In this document: positions 1 through 9,927 of the stretch, piece by piece
Layout: every line of letters begins with the position of its first letter
Numbering within the stretch: position 1 is the first letter of the stretch
From: Clostridia bacterium
GTDB taxonomy: Bacteria > Bacillota > Clostridia > Christensenellales > UBA3700
Reading direction: 5' to 3'
Length of the DNA: 64,000 nucleotides
Assembly (NCBI GenBank): GCA_029061605.1
Contig: JAIDRT010000028.1
Location: forward strand, 812-64,811
Translations under genes and position numbers: made by a program
Notes under the pieces: generated by a model
What the model saw: the letters and a program-made list of their open reading frames with translations, nothing else
The model's database searches: none
Told to the model about the DNA's origin: nothing

Positions 1-1
1 G

Positions 2-127
2 GACAGAGAGTGCAGTGTCGAACAAGAGGTTGCAATGCTCAGATCAAGCGGATTTAAGAGTGTCAAATGCGTGTATTCAAGCGGAAAATTTTCGGTGATT
101 ATCGCAATAAAAACGGACAGGGAATAA
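2..127 (+). CDS. 3' end of a CDS entering from the left edge (41 codons). The tail resembles C-termini of class I SAM-dependent methyltransferases, but this guess is weak.
   Basis: Frame 2 is open from the window edge to TAA at 125-127. The stop lies inside the terminator hairpin. Tail reads ...GFKSVKCVYSSGKFSVIIAIKTDRE. Confidence 0.3.
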   Translation, partial: DRECSVEQEVAMLRSSGFKSVKCVYSSGKFSVIIAIKTDRE

Positions 128-139
128 GACCTGTCCGTT
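106..139 (-). terminator. Rho-independent terminator downstream of ktrA; the hairpin also closes the + strand gene
   Basis: AACGGACAGG (112-121) pairs with CCTGTCCGTT (130-139), an 8-nt loop. On the minus strand it is followed by TTTTTATT. Confidence 0.7.
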
Positions 140-160
140 CGCTTTAATAGAAGTATATTT

Positions 161-850
161 TTATTTTTGGATATTTACGGCAAAACTCAAACTTTCTATA
201 TCTTCGTTGCTGCCGCCGACTACGAGAATATCGTCGGGTTTTAAGATAGTGTCACCTGAAGGGGTAGTGATAACTTCGTCGTTGGCTCTTATGATAATAA
301 GCACGTTGACGGCATATCTATTACGCAAAGCAAGTTCGCTCAGACTTTTGTCAATCCATTTTTCTGTGATATTGATTTCGGCGATAGAGTATCCCGAGAC
401 GATTTCCATATGATTTTGGATATTGGGATTGATAAGTTGCGTAGCAATCTTAATCGCAATGGCTGCTTCAGGATAAATTACGTTGTTTACGCCGATTTTG
501 CTTAGCAATTTGCCGTGCTTGTCGTTGTGCGCCTTTGCAATGACGTTGGGGCAGCCCAATTCTTTGCAAGTGAGGGCGGTAATGATAGAGGATTGGATAT
601 TGCTACCGATTGCGATTACCACAGTGTCAAAACTTTCTATAGCCAGCGACTTAAGCGTGCTTTCTTCAGACACGTCGGCAACTATGGCGTGGGTGCTGAA
701 ATTAGACACTTCGTGTATTCGTTCCTCGTCGATATCGACAGCGAGAACTTCATAGCCGTAATTATACAGCGCCTTGGTGATCTCTGCTCCAAATCTGCCC
801 ATACCTAGGACTGCGAATTGCTGTTTTTTTGTGTGTTTAAATCTTTTCAT
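161..850 (-). CDS. ktrA: Ktr/Trk potassium uptake system, NAD-binding peripheral subunit KtrA (RCK domains)
   Basis: 229 aa. N-terminal Rossmann motif VLGMGRFG. TrkA-N plus TrkA-C architecture, sitting directly downstream of ktrB. Confidence 0.9.
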   Translation of the reverse strand: MKRFKHTKKQQFAVLGMGRFGAEITKALYNYGYEVLAVDIDEERIHEVSNFSTHAIVADVSEESTLKSLAIESFDTVVIAIGSNIQSSIITALTCKELGCPNVIAKAHNDKHGKLLSKIGVNNVIYPEAAIAIKIATQLINPNIQNHMEIVSGYSIAEINITEKWIDKSLSELALRNRYAVNVLIIIRANDEVITTPSGDTILKPDDILVVGGSNEDIESLSFAVNIQK

Positions 851-895
851 TTTTATCCTTCCTATTGTCGGTTTTCGACCGAGGTATTTTGATGG

Positions 896-2296
896 CTAAA
901 CGTTGATATTAGCCTCAGGGTATTTGATTTTTGACGTTTCTCTGTTGGATCTTGCGAAAGACATAAAGAACGTAAAGGCTCCTATTCTTCCCAGATACAT
1001 ATCCATTATCAGCACGAGTTTGCTCAGCGTCGTTATTGAAGAAGTTACGCCCATAGTCAGTCCGCAAGTGGAGTAGGCGCTTATTTGTTCAAATATTAGC
1101 ATCAGCAAGTTTTGAGTACCTTTGCGGTTTTCCGCCGCAAAAATCAGCATAGCGCTAATAAATAATATGAACATTGCAAGCAAAACTGTGCTTGCGGCTT
1201 TTGCAAGGGTATTTGTGCCGATAGCCTTTTTGTCTACGACGTATTCCTTCTTTTGTTTAAGCGTAGCGATTACATAGGTAATAAGTATATACAAAGTTGT
1301 CACTTTGATACCTCCGCCTGTTGAGCCAGGGGCAGCGCCTATAAACATAAGTCCCATAGAAAGCGATAAAGACAGGTTGTTCATTTTGTCTACTGGTATG
1401 CTTGCAAATCCCGCCGTTCTGCAAGATACGGAATGGAAATAACAGTTTATCCATTGACCCAATAGCGGCATATTGCCAATCGTATCAGGATTGGTTCTTT
1501 CGGCAAGCCAAAATAGAAAAGCGCCGCCAAAAGTCAAAGCCAGCGTCATTACTATGACGACTTTTGTATGCAACGACCATTTGGAAAAAAATTTATGCTC
1601 AGAGATATCCACAAGCACGATAAAGCCTACGCCGCCAATACCTATCAAAAGCGCAAGGGTGATGAGAATAAGATAATTGTTGTTGTAATCGACGAGCGAT
1701 ACTCCTGTGATAGAAACAATATCAAAACCTGCGTTGCAAAAAGCCGAAACGCTGTGGAATATGCCATACCAAAGCGCAGTGCCAAAAGAAACTCCTTGAA
1801 TACAAAAACCTATAGTCAAGAAAATCACGCCCAAAATTTCTGAGCCAAGCGCCAAAAGCATAATCTTGATTGCGATATTTCTCAAGCCCTGCATACTCGT
1901 CTGCGCCATTTCTTCGCTCATACTCAATCTTCTTCTGAGCGATAATTTTCTGCTCAGCATAGAATAAAAGAAAGAAGTAATGGTCATAAAGCCAAGACCG
2001 CCAATTTGAATGAGAATGAGAATGACGACTTGACCGAACGCCGAAAAGGTACCTGCGGTGGGGACTACGGACAGTCCTGTTACGCAAGTTGCTGAAGTTG
2101 CCGTAAACAGAGCGTCAATAAAACTTATACTCGTGTCTTTTTTCGTTGAGAATGGCAAAAGAAGTAAAAGCGTGCCTACTAGAATTATAATCAAAAAACC
2201 CAACAGCAAGAGTCTTGCGGTTGTCAGATGCGAAATTATTTTGTTTTTGCTTGAACGAGTCAGAATAGAATCGTTCAACTTTAATTGGCGTTGCAT
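896..2296 (-). CDS. ktrB: Ktr/TrkH family potassium transporter, membrane subunit KtrB
   Basis: 466 aa polytopic membrane protein with repeated pore-loop-like TGLS/AGF/GGG segments typical of the TrkH/KtrB family. Paired with ktrA. Confidence 0.9.
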   Translation of the reverse strand: MQRQLKLNDSILTRSSKNKIISHLTTARLLLLGFLIIILVGTLLLLLPFSTKKDTSISFIDALFTATSATCVTGLSVVPTAGTFSAFGQVVILILIQIGGLGFMTITSFFYSMLSRKLSLRRRLSMSEEMAQTSMQGLRNIAIKIMLLALGSEILGVIFLTIGFCIQGVSFGTALWYGIFHSVSAFCNAGFDIVSITGVSLVDYNNNYLILITLALLIGIGGVGFIVLVDISEHKFFSKWSLHTKVVIVMTLALTFGGAFLFWLAERTNPDTIGNMPLLGQWINCYFHSVSCRTAGFASIPVDKMNNLSLSLSMGLMFIGAAPGSTGGGIKVTTLYILITYVIATLKQKKEYVVDKKAIGTNTLAKAASTVLLAMFILFISAMLIFAAENRKGTQNLLMLIFEQISAYSTCGLTMGVTSSITTLSKLVLIMDMYLGRIGAFTFFMSFARSNRETSKIKYPEANINV

Positions 2297-2486
2297 TTTA
2301 TAAATTTTGTCAGCCTTTTCAAAGTTCTTGTTTTATATTATATATCAATGCAAAATAATTTGCAAATATTTTGCGATACAAAAGAGGACAGTGTTATTAT
2401 ATGCAATATTAGGTCGATTTTTGGTCTCAATTACTCAAATGTTGAGTTTTAACATAAATTTCTATTCCAAAGTTTTCAAAAAAGGC

Positions 2487-2515
2487 TTGCTTTATAATTT
2501 ATTTAATAATATGAT
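2487..2515 (+). promoter_or_regulatory. Candidate sigma-A promoter for the giant ORF
   Basis: TTGCTT (2487-2492), 17-nt spacer, TATGAT (2510-2515). AT-rich context, so a chance match is possible. Confidence 0.3.
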
Positions 2516-2561
2516 ATATATGTATAGTTATATTTACATAATAGTATATAGGTTTAGATTT

Positions 2562-5500
2562 ATGGCAGAGAGTGAAGAAAAGAATAACAACGTTGAAAGT
2601 ACTGATCAAAATAGCAATATTGAAAGCAGTCAAGAAAACGCGACAGAGGCGGTCGCGCAAGACGACGTAGTCATAAATTACGTTGCGCCTGATGCTGAAT
2701 ATCAAGAAGCCGTAGTTGTTGACTCTGAAGTCGTTGCGGGCGAAGGAGTTGTTGCCGACGGCGAAAATATTGATTATATTGACAACGTAGCCGAAAATTA
2801 TTATGACGAACAGTTAGAATACTATCCAGACGGTCAGTTAGAAAATTATGCTGTACAAGATATGCCTATTCAACAGCAGGCAGGGCAAAACGAAAAAAAA
2901 TCGCGTAAGAAGGCAAAAACCAGAGTAATTAAAAAACTCAATATTGAAAAAGATAAAAAGGCAATAGCGCGTCAGCGTCGTAATAAGATGATAGGCAAAG
3001 TGTTGGCTTGCGTATTCGTACTTATTTTTGTAGGCACGATCGCCGGACTTACCGCAGGCACTTATGTGACTGCGGACAGACTTTGGATGGAAAACGTTGG
3101 CGAGGAAGCGGGAGTAGAGTTTAAAGAATTGTTTACGCTCTTCAACGGAGTAGTAGACACCAATGAAGATAAGATAGTTACCAAAGGTTTTAATGAAGGG
3201 GATCTTGAAGAATTTTATTCTAATCTCAAACGCAAAATGTTTCTTGCTCAAGATTATGATTTGTCAATTGGACAGATCATAAGTTCGGTGATGAGCGCAT
3301 CTGAAGACGATCAGGAAAGTCAGCAGTCTTATACCACGGTTGGAGTAGACGGCTACGATTTGCAGTACGTCTATTGCGACGCTCAAGGCAATACTGTAAT
3401 AAGTGAAGAAAAGCCTACTGCCGAAGATATTGGCGAGTCTGAAGGTAACCAAGACGAAACCAACTCGTCTGTTACCGGCAACGAGCAATTGGATAAATTA
3501 TTGCAGGAATTGAAGTTTGACTTTTCCTCTCTTGCGCAATACGAGGGCGAACGCAATATTCTTGAAATATCAGACAAACAACTTGCGGCGGTTGTCAACG
3601 ACGCTTTTTCTGAGTTGGCAAGTTCTTTCGGCGAGTTGGAAGAGATAGAGAAGTCTGTCGGAAAGCCTCTTGACGAAGTATTGGCAATAAAACAAGTTAT
3701 CATATCAGGCAACGAAATCAGCGCTGCCGATACAAATCTAAAAATGACTTTGGAAGTAAAGGCTAAAGATTTGCTTTCCAATATTTTGACGCAATACGGC
3801 ATTCCGTCTATAGTCAATGCTATTTTACCAGACAAGTTATATGCGTCGGTTAGAGTATATCCATATGACGTAACTAAGCCTATCGAGGCTTCAATCAACA
3901 GACTTGAAGAGACGAAAGTCAACAAGATAGTGCGTATAATCGACGTCATACTCAAAAAGACAGGCAATACGACGTCAATAAACGATTTGCTCGTTCAAGT
4001 CAACGGCAAAGTCGTCGAAGTGCTTGACAAAGCCCAAGAAAAACTGCCCATCACTTTCGTGCCTACCGGTAGCGTAGACCTATATCCAATAGAATCGCTT
4101 ATGGGTATGTTGGACGTGGACGTCAGCGAGCAAGCGTTCTTGTATATGCTCAAAGACGTCAAGTTGCCAACCGGTGAGACGTTGGGCTTGGTTATGCCCA
4201 CGCCGGAAGAGATAAAGGCTAAGACGAGCGTATTTGTATCTGAAGTAAGCGTCAAATATTGCCTTGACAATTCTGACGGTAAGATAAGCGTAGACAACAC
4301 AATAAAAGACGTTATGAACTTTGCAAGCAGCGATGACGCGCTTGAAGCAATACATCTCAAGGATATGGATTATTCGGGGATATATTCCCAACACCTAAAA
4401 GTACGCACTTCTTACGATGCATTGGCGGGTATGTTGTCCGACTACGTCAAAAACGAGGGCTTGTTGGAAGATATCATTGCAGACATAGTCAAAATGAGTT
4501 ACACTTCAAGCGGGGAAATGCTTTCTATAGACATAAGAATAGATCTGTCGCAAATGCTGGGGTATGACGATGACGGCGTTATGTCGTCACTGATAAAACA
4601 GTTGGTGCCTGAGTATATCTACGTCAGCGCGAATATTTGCGCCAACGCCAACAAGAATACGCCAACTGAGATAGAGATCAACAAGACCGGCGCAGAAAAC
4701 TCCAAAGCGCATCTTCAAACATTGACGGCTCTTGCGGATAAGTTTGGAATGGATACGTCGTCTTTGACTTATGACGTAATATGCAACAAAATCGACGAAG
4801 GGCTCAAAAGCGGACTTGCTCAAATGCAGGAACAGATTGGCTGCGAAATTCTCTTTACAGACGAGTGCGCGTATTTACCCGATCTATTTGAGGTCGTATG
4901 CGGCACCGGACTTCTTGACGAAGACGAAGATCATAAGATTGAGCCTGCAAAATTATACAGCATAATGAAGCAGACTTACACTTACGAGATAGCAATCACT
5001 GACGAAATGACCAAGACAGCGAATGCGGACGGTTTTATTGGCGAACTTGAGAGTAATTATTATTTGCAGAAAGGCAAGATCGTCGACGACGGAGATGGCA
5101 ATTTATTGCAGAGCGTAATGGGTTTGAAAGAGACTTTTGGCGCTTCAATAGATAAGTCGGCATTGGCTGAGGACGATAGAGATATAAGCGTAATATATCC
5201 CAAAATGACGGCAGGCGAGTTTGCATATCTTATGGAACTCAATATTGATATGGACAATATGAGCGAAGCGCTCAAGTCGGCTGAAGTATTGGGAGCAAGG
5301 ATCAACGACGACGAGATAGTATTGTATCTCCAAGCAAAACTTTATGAGACACAAGACGGCGCAGTTGAGCAGACAAACGGCGACGTTAATCAAGGTGATA
5401 ACGGCGAGCCGACGGAGGACGAAGAAGTCGACTTGAGCAAATATTCCAATTTGTTGCCTCAACTGGCATACGTCACGGTACTAATTGACACTCCCAAGAT

Positions 5501-8357
5501 GACGTCGGGAAGCCAAGAGAATTCCGTCAAGGTCATAATCGACGGAATGGAAGATGACGATATGTCCGATTTCTTCTCAATAGTCCGCAAGTTGACTGGC
5601 AAGAGTATGACAGAAAGCGAGATTGAAGATAAGATAGACGTACAAGTCAAAGATTATATGAGCGGCGTCAATGGTATTGACTATAAATTTGCTGGAGGAG
5701 CATTGACTCTTGACAATATATTCAATGTTATGGCAAGCAGTGATATGGTCACAAGCGACAATCCCGACGATTATGTTTTTAAACCCGAGGAGATACGCCG
5801 ACTTCTCAAACAACTTTACGGATATGATTATGACACTGTGAGCGGCGGTAATTTTACGCCGGCGTCAAATCTTGATCACTTTATCGACGTAGAACTTTAC
5901 GATAAGTATTTTATCAGCGACGGCTTCAAAGACACTTTGAAGGAAAGCGAGAAGGACGACACGTTGCTTGACGGCTTTGCAGATATTGGCGGTGATAATT
6001 TCAGCGTAGATAAAATCAGGTTGAGAGACGTATTGAGAGAAGACGGCTCAATCATATACGGCTTGACGTCGCTCAACAATTTGACAGACAAGAGCAATAA
6101 GACTCAAGATCAAATAGACGAAGAGATTGCTCAAAATTTCAAACCCAAATTCTCAAGAGAAGAATTGGCGCATCTTTTGCGCACTCACGTTGCTTCTGCA
6201 GGCGATATGTCCTTTATGACAGAGCAAGAAGTGGTTTTTGCCAACAACGACGAAAATATTATGACGCTAACTTTGCGCGGAATAGACAATCTTGAAGACG
6301 AAAATGCAAAGGGACTTATGCCTGATTATTTCTACGTCAACGTGACGATAGAACTTGGACATATTTCAGAGATAGACGGCACACGTAGCGATATGAACGT
6401 CTACGCAATGGATATCAATTCTGTGAGATACGTTGAAGACAATGGCGAAAATCAGGATTTGCAATTGCTGTTGATGCTGATAGACAGAATTCAGAACAAC
6501 ACTCGCGACGAGTCTGAAGAGCCTGCCGAGGAAGTTTCGCTTGACGGCATTATGCAGGATATAGAGCAAAATCTCAAAGAGTTCAAGGAGCAAATTCACA
6601 ACAACGTATTTACGGTATCTTTTCTTGCCGAAGGCGGATTGATGTTCAACGAGACGGTATATCAAATCGCGCTCAACTCAGTATACGGCGCGTCCGCCAA
6701 CGAGTATGGCAAACAAGAGGATATGCCAGACGAGATAGACTTCCGCAACGGACTTTGCAAAGTCAACAATATGCCCGATAAGTTTGAATACGAGCAGGGA
6801 GTATATCTTGATTTTGCAAATGGCAACAGGGCGGATAATTCAAACAAAGCGATTGCCGACATTAACGACAAGTATGCGCTTGCCAAACCTTTGCAAGACG
6901 GAACAACGGCAATACTCTCCATACTTGGCGAATACGCAAAAGATTATGCGACAAATATTGACGGTCAAAAACTCACGAGCCAGCAAAAGAGAAATTTGAG
7001 CGTAGAGGAACTTCGCCCAAGTATTGACGGAGAAGAACTTTTGCTTATGCTAGAGAATAGCGTCACGTTTAGCGCAGACGGCTATGAAAACGCCGTTATG
7101 AAAGCGTTGTACGTTCTTGACGACAAAATGTTGATTGTCTACAACAGTCCTGTTGATATAGAGCAAGAAAACGACAAGTTTGCCCAGTTGTTGCCGGACA
7201 CTATGTCTATCGTGGTCGACATTGACGTCAACTCCCTTGACGGCGAGGGACTTTGCACTCAAATAAGCATCAACGATCTTCTTGAGAGTGAAGTAAATAC
7301 AATACAATCTATGGTATTTACGCTCAACCAAAAAGAAGGCGAAGACAGCAAGAGCCTTGAAGAGGCGAATGCAGATTGTTCTGACAGTGTGCGCGAGACT
7401 ATGAAGTCTTTGACGGATAATATGACGGTCAGATACGCTGCCGACCCAACCATTGACGGCGTCACAGGCGGCGGTGTAATGATACTTGACAGTATCTATG
7501 AGGTTTCTGCTAAAAAGATCAACCAAGTTGACAATGAAGGCGAAGTTGCGCCTAAAGAAGTCAAGGAAACGTTAGAAGCCCTCTTTGACGGACTTGACAT
7601 AGAGGCGTACACTCCTCCTGCAGGCTTAAGCGCTGACGATATGAAGATAACTTATACAAGAGACAAAGAGAACGAGCGTTCTTCCAATCTTATGCTTGAT
7701 ACGTCAAATATTCTCAATCGCAGACTCAACATCAGCGGAGCAATAGGCGGTTGGAATATAGCCTCAATGATAGACACAGACAGATTGCTAGGACCTCTTG
7801 GACTTGAAGATAGCGCTCAAGACGGCGTAGAAGTCTTGAAGTTAAAGCATACGGCGTTGGTACCAAAGAAAGTCAACGGAGACGGAACTTTTGACGATAT
7901 AAGAGAGAAGTTAGGTTCGCTTCTTGACAAGGAGTATTTCCTTATCACACTTGATATGGATATGGTTGCGGCGGCAGGTATGGAGATGTCTATACTTCCA
8001 AAGCGAATGGACTTGACTTTGTATATGGATTTGACGAGCGAAGAAATATCTATAATTTACAACGCTATGTCTGACAAACAGCGCGGAATACTTTCGCGAC
8101 TTGTCAAGACGAGCCGTCCTGAAGGAGTTGGCGGTCTGGATTTGAGCAACACCGACGCAGTAAAGTTGGAGATTATGGATATGGAGATCATTAAAGAAGA
8201 CGTTGGAAGTTATACCTTCACCGTCACGTTGGGCGATCTGTTGCATAGCGGAGGCATAGTATTGCCTATAAGCAAGGCGTTGGAGCAAGTCGAGAGAGAT
8301 GACAATATAATACTGGGTATGGGCGCAATGGTGTTGAATTATACCGTCCAAATATAG
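2562..8357 (+). CDS. Giant (1931 aa) acidic single-pass membrane protein of unknown function
   Basis: Uninterrupted ORF. Start assigned to ATG 2562 (MAESEEKNNN) because the 85 codons listed upstream are AT-rich promoter-like sequence. The N-terminus is an acidic Tyr-rich tract, then a polybasic stretch (KKSRKKAKTRVIKK...RQRRNK), then one TM helix (VLACVFVLIFVGTIAGLTAGTYV), followed by a ~1750-aa D/E/N-rich region. I recognised no known domain. Confidence 0.85.
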   Translation: MAESEEKNNNVESTDQNSNIESSQENATEAVAQDDVVINYVAPDAEYQEAVVVDSEVVAGEGVVADGENIDYIDNVAENYYDEQLEYYPDGQLENYAVQDMPIQQQAGQNEKKSRKKAKTRVIKKLNIEKDKKAIARQRRNKMIGKVLACVFVLIFVGTIAGLTAGTYVTADRLWMENVGEEAGVEFKELFTLFNGVVDTNEDKIVTKGFNEGDLEEFYSNLKRKMFLAQDYDLSIGQIISSVMSASEDDQESQQSYTTVGVDGYDLQYVYCDAQGNTVISEEKPTAEDIGESEGNQDETNSSVTGNEQLDKLLQELKFDFSSLAQYEGERNILEISDKQLAAVVNDAFSELASSFGELEEIEKSVGKPLDEVLAIKQVIISGNEISAADTNLKMTLEVKAKDLLSNILTQYGIPSIVNAILPDKLYASVRVYPYDVTKPIEASINRLEETKVNKIVRIIDVILKKTGNTTSINDLLVQVNGKVVEVLDKAQEKLPITFVPTGSVDLYPIESLMGMLDVDVSEQAFLYMLKDVKLPTGETLGLVMPTPEEIKAKTSVFVSEVSVKYCLDNSDGKISVDNTIKDVMNFASSDDALEAIHLKDMDYSGIYSQHLKVRTSYDALAGMLSDYVKNEGLLEDIIADIVKMSYTSSGEMLSIDIRIDLSQMLGYDDDGVMSSLIKQLVPEYIYVSANICANANKNTPTEIEINKTGAENSKAHLQTLTALADKFGMDTSSLTYDVICNKIDEGLKSGLAQMQEQIGCEILFTDECAYLPDLFEVVCGTGLLDEDEDHKIEPAKLYSIMKQTYTYEIAITDEMTKTANADGFIGELESNYYLQKGKIVDDGDGNLLQSVMGLKETFGASIDKSALAEDDRDISVIYPKMTAGEFAYLMELNIDMDNMSEALKSAEVLGARINDDEIVLYLQAKLYETQDGAVEQTNGDVNQGDNGEPTEDEEVDLSKYSNLLPQLAYVTVLIDTPKMTSGSQENSVKVIIDGMEDDDMSDFFSIVRKLTGKSMTESEIEDKIDVQVKDYMSGVNGIDYKFAGGALTLDNIFNVMASSDMVTSDNPDDYVFKPEEIRRLLKQLYGYDYDTVSGGNFTPASNLDHFIDVELYDKYFISDGFKDTLKESEKDDTLLDGFADIGGDNFSVDKIRLRDVLREDGSIIYGLTSLNNLTDKSNKTQDQIDEEIAQNFKPKFSREELAHLLRTHVASAGDMSFMTEQEVVFANNDENIMTLTLRGIDNLEDENAKGLMPDYFYVNVTIELGHISEIDGTRSDMNVYAMDINSVRYVEDNGENQDLQLLLMLIDRIQNNTRDESEEPAEEVSLDGIMQDIEQNLKEFKEQIHNNVFTVSFLAEGGLMFNETVYQIALNSVYGASANEYGKQEDMPDEIDFRNGLCKVNNMPDKFEYEQGVYLDFANGNRADNSNKAIADINDKYALAKPLQDGTTAILSILGEYAKDYATNIDGQKLTSQQKRNLSVEELRPSIDGEELLLMLENSVTFSADGYENAVMKALYVLDDKMLIVYNSPVDIEQENDKFAQLLPDTMSIVVDIDVNSLDGEGLCTQISINDLLESEVNTIQSMVFTLNQKEGEDSKSLEEANADCSDSVRETMKSLTDNMTVRYAADPTIDGVTGGGVMILDSIYEVSAKKINQVDNEGEVAPKEVKETLEALFDGLDIEAYTPPAGLSADDMKITYTRDKENERSSNLMLDTSNILNRRLNISGAIGGWNIASMIDTDRLLGPLGLEDSAQDGVEVLKLKHTALVPKKVNGDGTFDDIREKLGSLLDKEYFLITLDMDMVAAAGMEMSILPKRMDLTLYMDLTSEEISIIYNAMSDKQRGILSRLVKTSRPEGVGGLDLSNTDAVKLEIMDMEIIKEDVGSYTFTVTLGDLLHSGGIVLPISKALEQVERDDNIILGMGAMVLNYTVQI

Positions 8358-8401
8358 TACTAAGACGTTGTGATTTTCTTCGTTCGCTAGAGGCTGCTAT
8401 T

Positions 8402-8430
8402 GTCATTTCGACCTCAGCGTATCCAAGTCT
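8402..8430 (+). repeat. Degenerate copy of the intergenic hairpin repeat family
   Basis: GTCATTTCGACCTCAGCGTATCCAAGTCT. The 5' half matches the family; the 3' arm is only partly complementary. Confidence 0.5.
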
Positions 8431-8433
8431 AGC

Positions 8434-8470
8434 GTCATTTCGACCGCAGCGAAGCGAAGTGGAGAAATCT
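8434..8470 (+). repeat. Intergenic hairpin repeat, 37-nt form (ATTTC/GAAAT stem)
   Basis: GTCATTTCGACCGCAGCGAAGCGAAGTGGAGAAATCT. Confidence 0.85.
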
Positions 8471-8544
8471 AAATTCGTAAAACTTTTGCTAAAGGCAAAA
8501 ATATAACTGCTTGCAAAGCAAGCAACACATATCGGAGGTAACGA

Positions 8545-9459
8545 ATGAAAAAGCATTATGACACGTTGGAGATAGGACACATATCTTTGGATTACAATAT
8601 TGACTATCTTGACAATCAGATAATCGAGGTCGGAGGAGCGGTGATTTATTCTTCCGCAGCCGCATACGCAGGCGGTTATAAAGTGGGCGTTGTTACTAAA
8701 CTTGCGCCGCAGGACAAGGACAGGCTCAATTGTTTCGTCATTGACAAAGACGACGTGTTCTATATCCCAAGCAAAGAATCTACTTCTATTCGCAACAAAT
8801 ATCACACGGCGGACAAGGAGAGGCGCACCTGTACCTGTATTGGACAGGGAGACAGTTTTTCTATCCAAGACATTCCTGACGTCGACGTTGACGTATATCA
8901 TTTTGCGGGGCTTATTTACGGCGACTTTGACGGAGACTTGATGATAGAACTTTCCAAGCGCGGCAAGATAGCCGTCGACGTTCAGGCGCTTTTGAGACAC
9001 GCCAACAGAGCGACTGGCGAGATGTATTTTGAAGACTGGGCGGATAAAAAACGCGTGTTGCCTTATATAGATTATCTCAAGACGGATACGGCAGAAGCGG
9101 AGATACTTACAGGGCAGACAGACAGAGTTGTTGCGGCTCAGATGTTGCACAAATGGGGCGCAAAAGAAGTCGTCATCACAAATTCTGCCGAGGTGCTTGC
9201 CTTTGACGGTAACGAAATGTATACCTGTCCAATCAAAGCGCGAAATCTGTCAGGCAGAAGCGGACGCGGAGATACTACGTTTGCGGCGTATATCACGCAA
9301 AGACAGTCTCACAGTATGGCTGATTCGCTATTGTGGGCAACTGCAACCGTATCGACAAAAATGGAAGCGCCGGGACCTTACAAGGGCAAAAGGGCGGATA
9401 TTGAGGCTTATATCAAGGAGTTTTATTCTGACAGTTGCATAAAAAAGATAAAATACTGA
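8545..9459 (+). CDS. PfkB-family carbohydrate kinase (ribokinase-like fold)
   Basis: 304 aa. RBS GGAGG 8 nt upstream. C-terminal GRSGRGDT motif typical of the PfkB family. Substrate unknown. Confidence 0.75.
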   Translation: MKKHYDTLEIGHISLDYNIDYLDNQIIEVGGAVIYSSAAAYAGGYKVGVVTKLAPQDKDRLNCFVIDKDDVFYIPSKESTSIRNKYHTADKERRTCTCIGQGDSFSIQDIPDVDVDVYHFAGLIYGDFDGDLMIELSKRGKIAVDVQALLRHANRATGEMYFEDWADKKRVLPYIDYLKTDTAEAEILTGQTDRVVAAQMLHKWGAKEVVITNSAEVLAFDGNEMYTCPIKARNLSGRSGRGDTTFAAYITQRQSHSMADSLLWATATVSTKMEAPGPYKGKRADIEAYIKEFYSDSCIKKIKY

Positions 9460-9489
9460 TTTTATGTCAATCGAACTTTGCGTTATTTT

Positions 9490-9526
9490 GTCATTTCGAC
9501 TGAAACGCAGTGAAGTGGAGAAATCT
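9490..9526 (+). repeat. Intergenic hairpin repeat, 37-nt form
   Basis: GTCATTTCGACTGAAACGCAGTGAAGTGGAGAAATCT. Confidence 0.85.
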
Positions 9527-9558
9527 CATAAAAACATTAATAATTAAAGGAGAAAAAT

Positions 9559-9810
9559 ATGCATTATACATACAAAACGAGCGGAACTTGCTCAAGGGCT
9601 ATTGATTTTGATATAGAAGACGGAGTAATCCGCAACGTAAAATTCACAGGCGGTTGCAATGGCAATCTCAAAGGTATTGGCAAATTGGTTGAGGGGATGA
9701 AGGTCGAAGACGTGGCGGCAAAACTCAGAGGTATTCCTTGCGGACCAAGATCAACGTCTTGTCCCGATCAACTCGCAAAGGCTTGCGAAGAATATATTGC
9801 GTCGCATTAA
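9559..9810 (+). CDS. TSCPD-domain small protein (TIGR03905-like, 4-Cys)
   Basis: 83 aa. RBS AAAGGAG. Motifs GTCS...GGCNGNLKG...CGPRSTSCPDQL. Confidence 0.8.
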   Translation: MHYTYKTSGTCSRAIDFDIEDGVIRNVKFTGGCNGNLKGIGKLVEGMKVEDVAAKLRGIPCGPRSTSCPDQLAKACEEYIASH

Positions 9811-9859
9811 GTCAAATTTCCCTAAAATAAAAAATTTGCAATAATTATAATTGTAAGTA

Positions 9860-9888
9860 TTGACAAATTGAGACATAATTATTATAAT
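9860..9888 (+). promoter_or_regulatory. Consensus sigma-A promoter
   Basis: TTGACA (9860-9865), exactly 17 nt, TATAAT (9883-9888). It lies inside the 5' extension of the listed ORF 9868-10311. Confidence 0.6.
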
Positions 9889-9927
9889 AGTAAAGTGACG
9901 CTTAAAAAGCGTGTGGGAGGTAAAATT

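Noticed and set aside
2307-2561. An 85-codon N-terminal extension of the giant ORF as listed in the ORF track (MSAFSKFLFYIIYQCKIICKYF...).
   Set aside because: The sequence is extremely AT-rich and promoter-like, and it gives an implausible Ile/Tyr/Phe-rich peptide. It starts only 10 nt from the divergent ktrB start. A -35/-10 pair lies inside it. The start at ATG 2562 is preferred.
2297-2561. A c-di-AMP (ydaO/kimA-type) riboswitch upstream of ktrB, as found in some Firmicutes.
   Set aside because: The minus-strand leader is almost pure A/T, with none of the conserved G-rich ydaO blocks.
8266-9150. A 294-aa minus-strand ORF overlapping the repeat-containing spacer and the PfkB gene.
   Set aside because: It is antisense to a well-supported CDS that has an RBS and family motifs. 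It has no RBS and low-complexity composition, and part of it translates the intergenic repeats.
9868-9927. The longer start (TTG 9868) of the hypothetical protein ORF.
   Set aside because: A perfect TTGACA-17-TATAAT promoter occupies 9860-9888, so this part is probably untranslated. GTG 9928 has a GGGAGG RBS.
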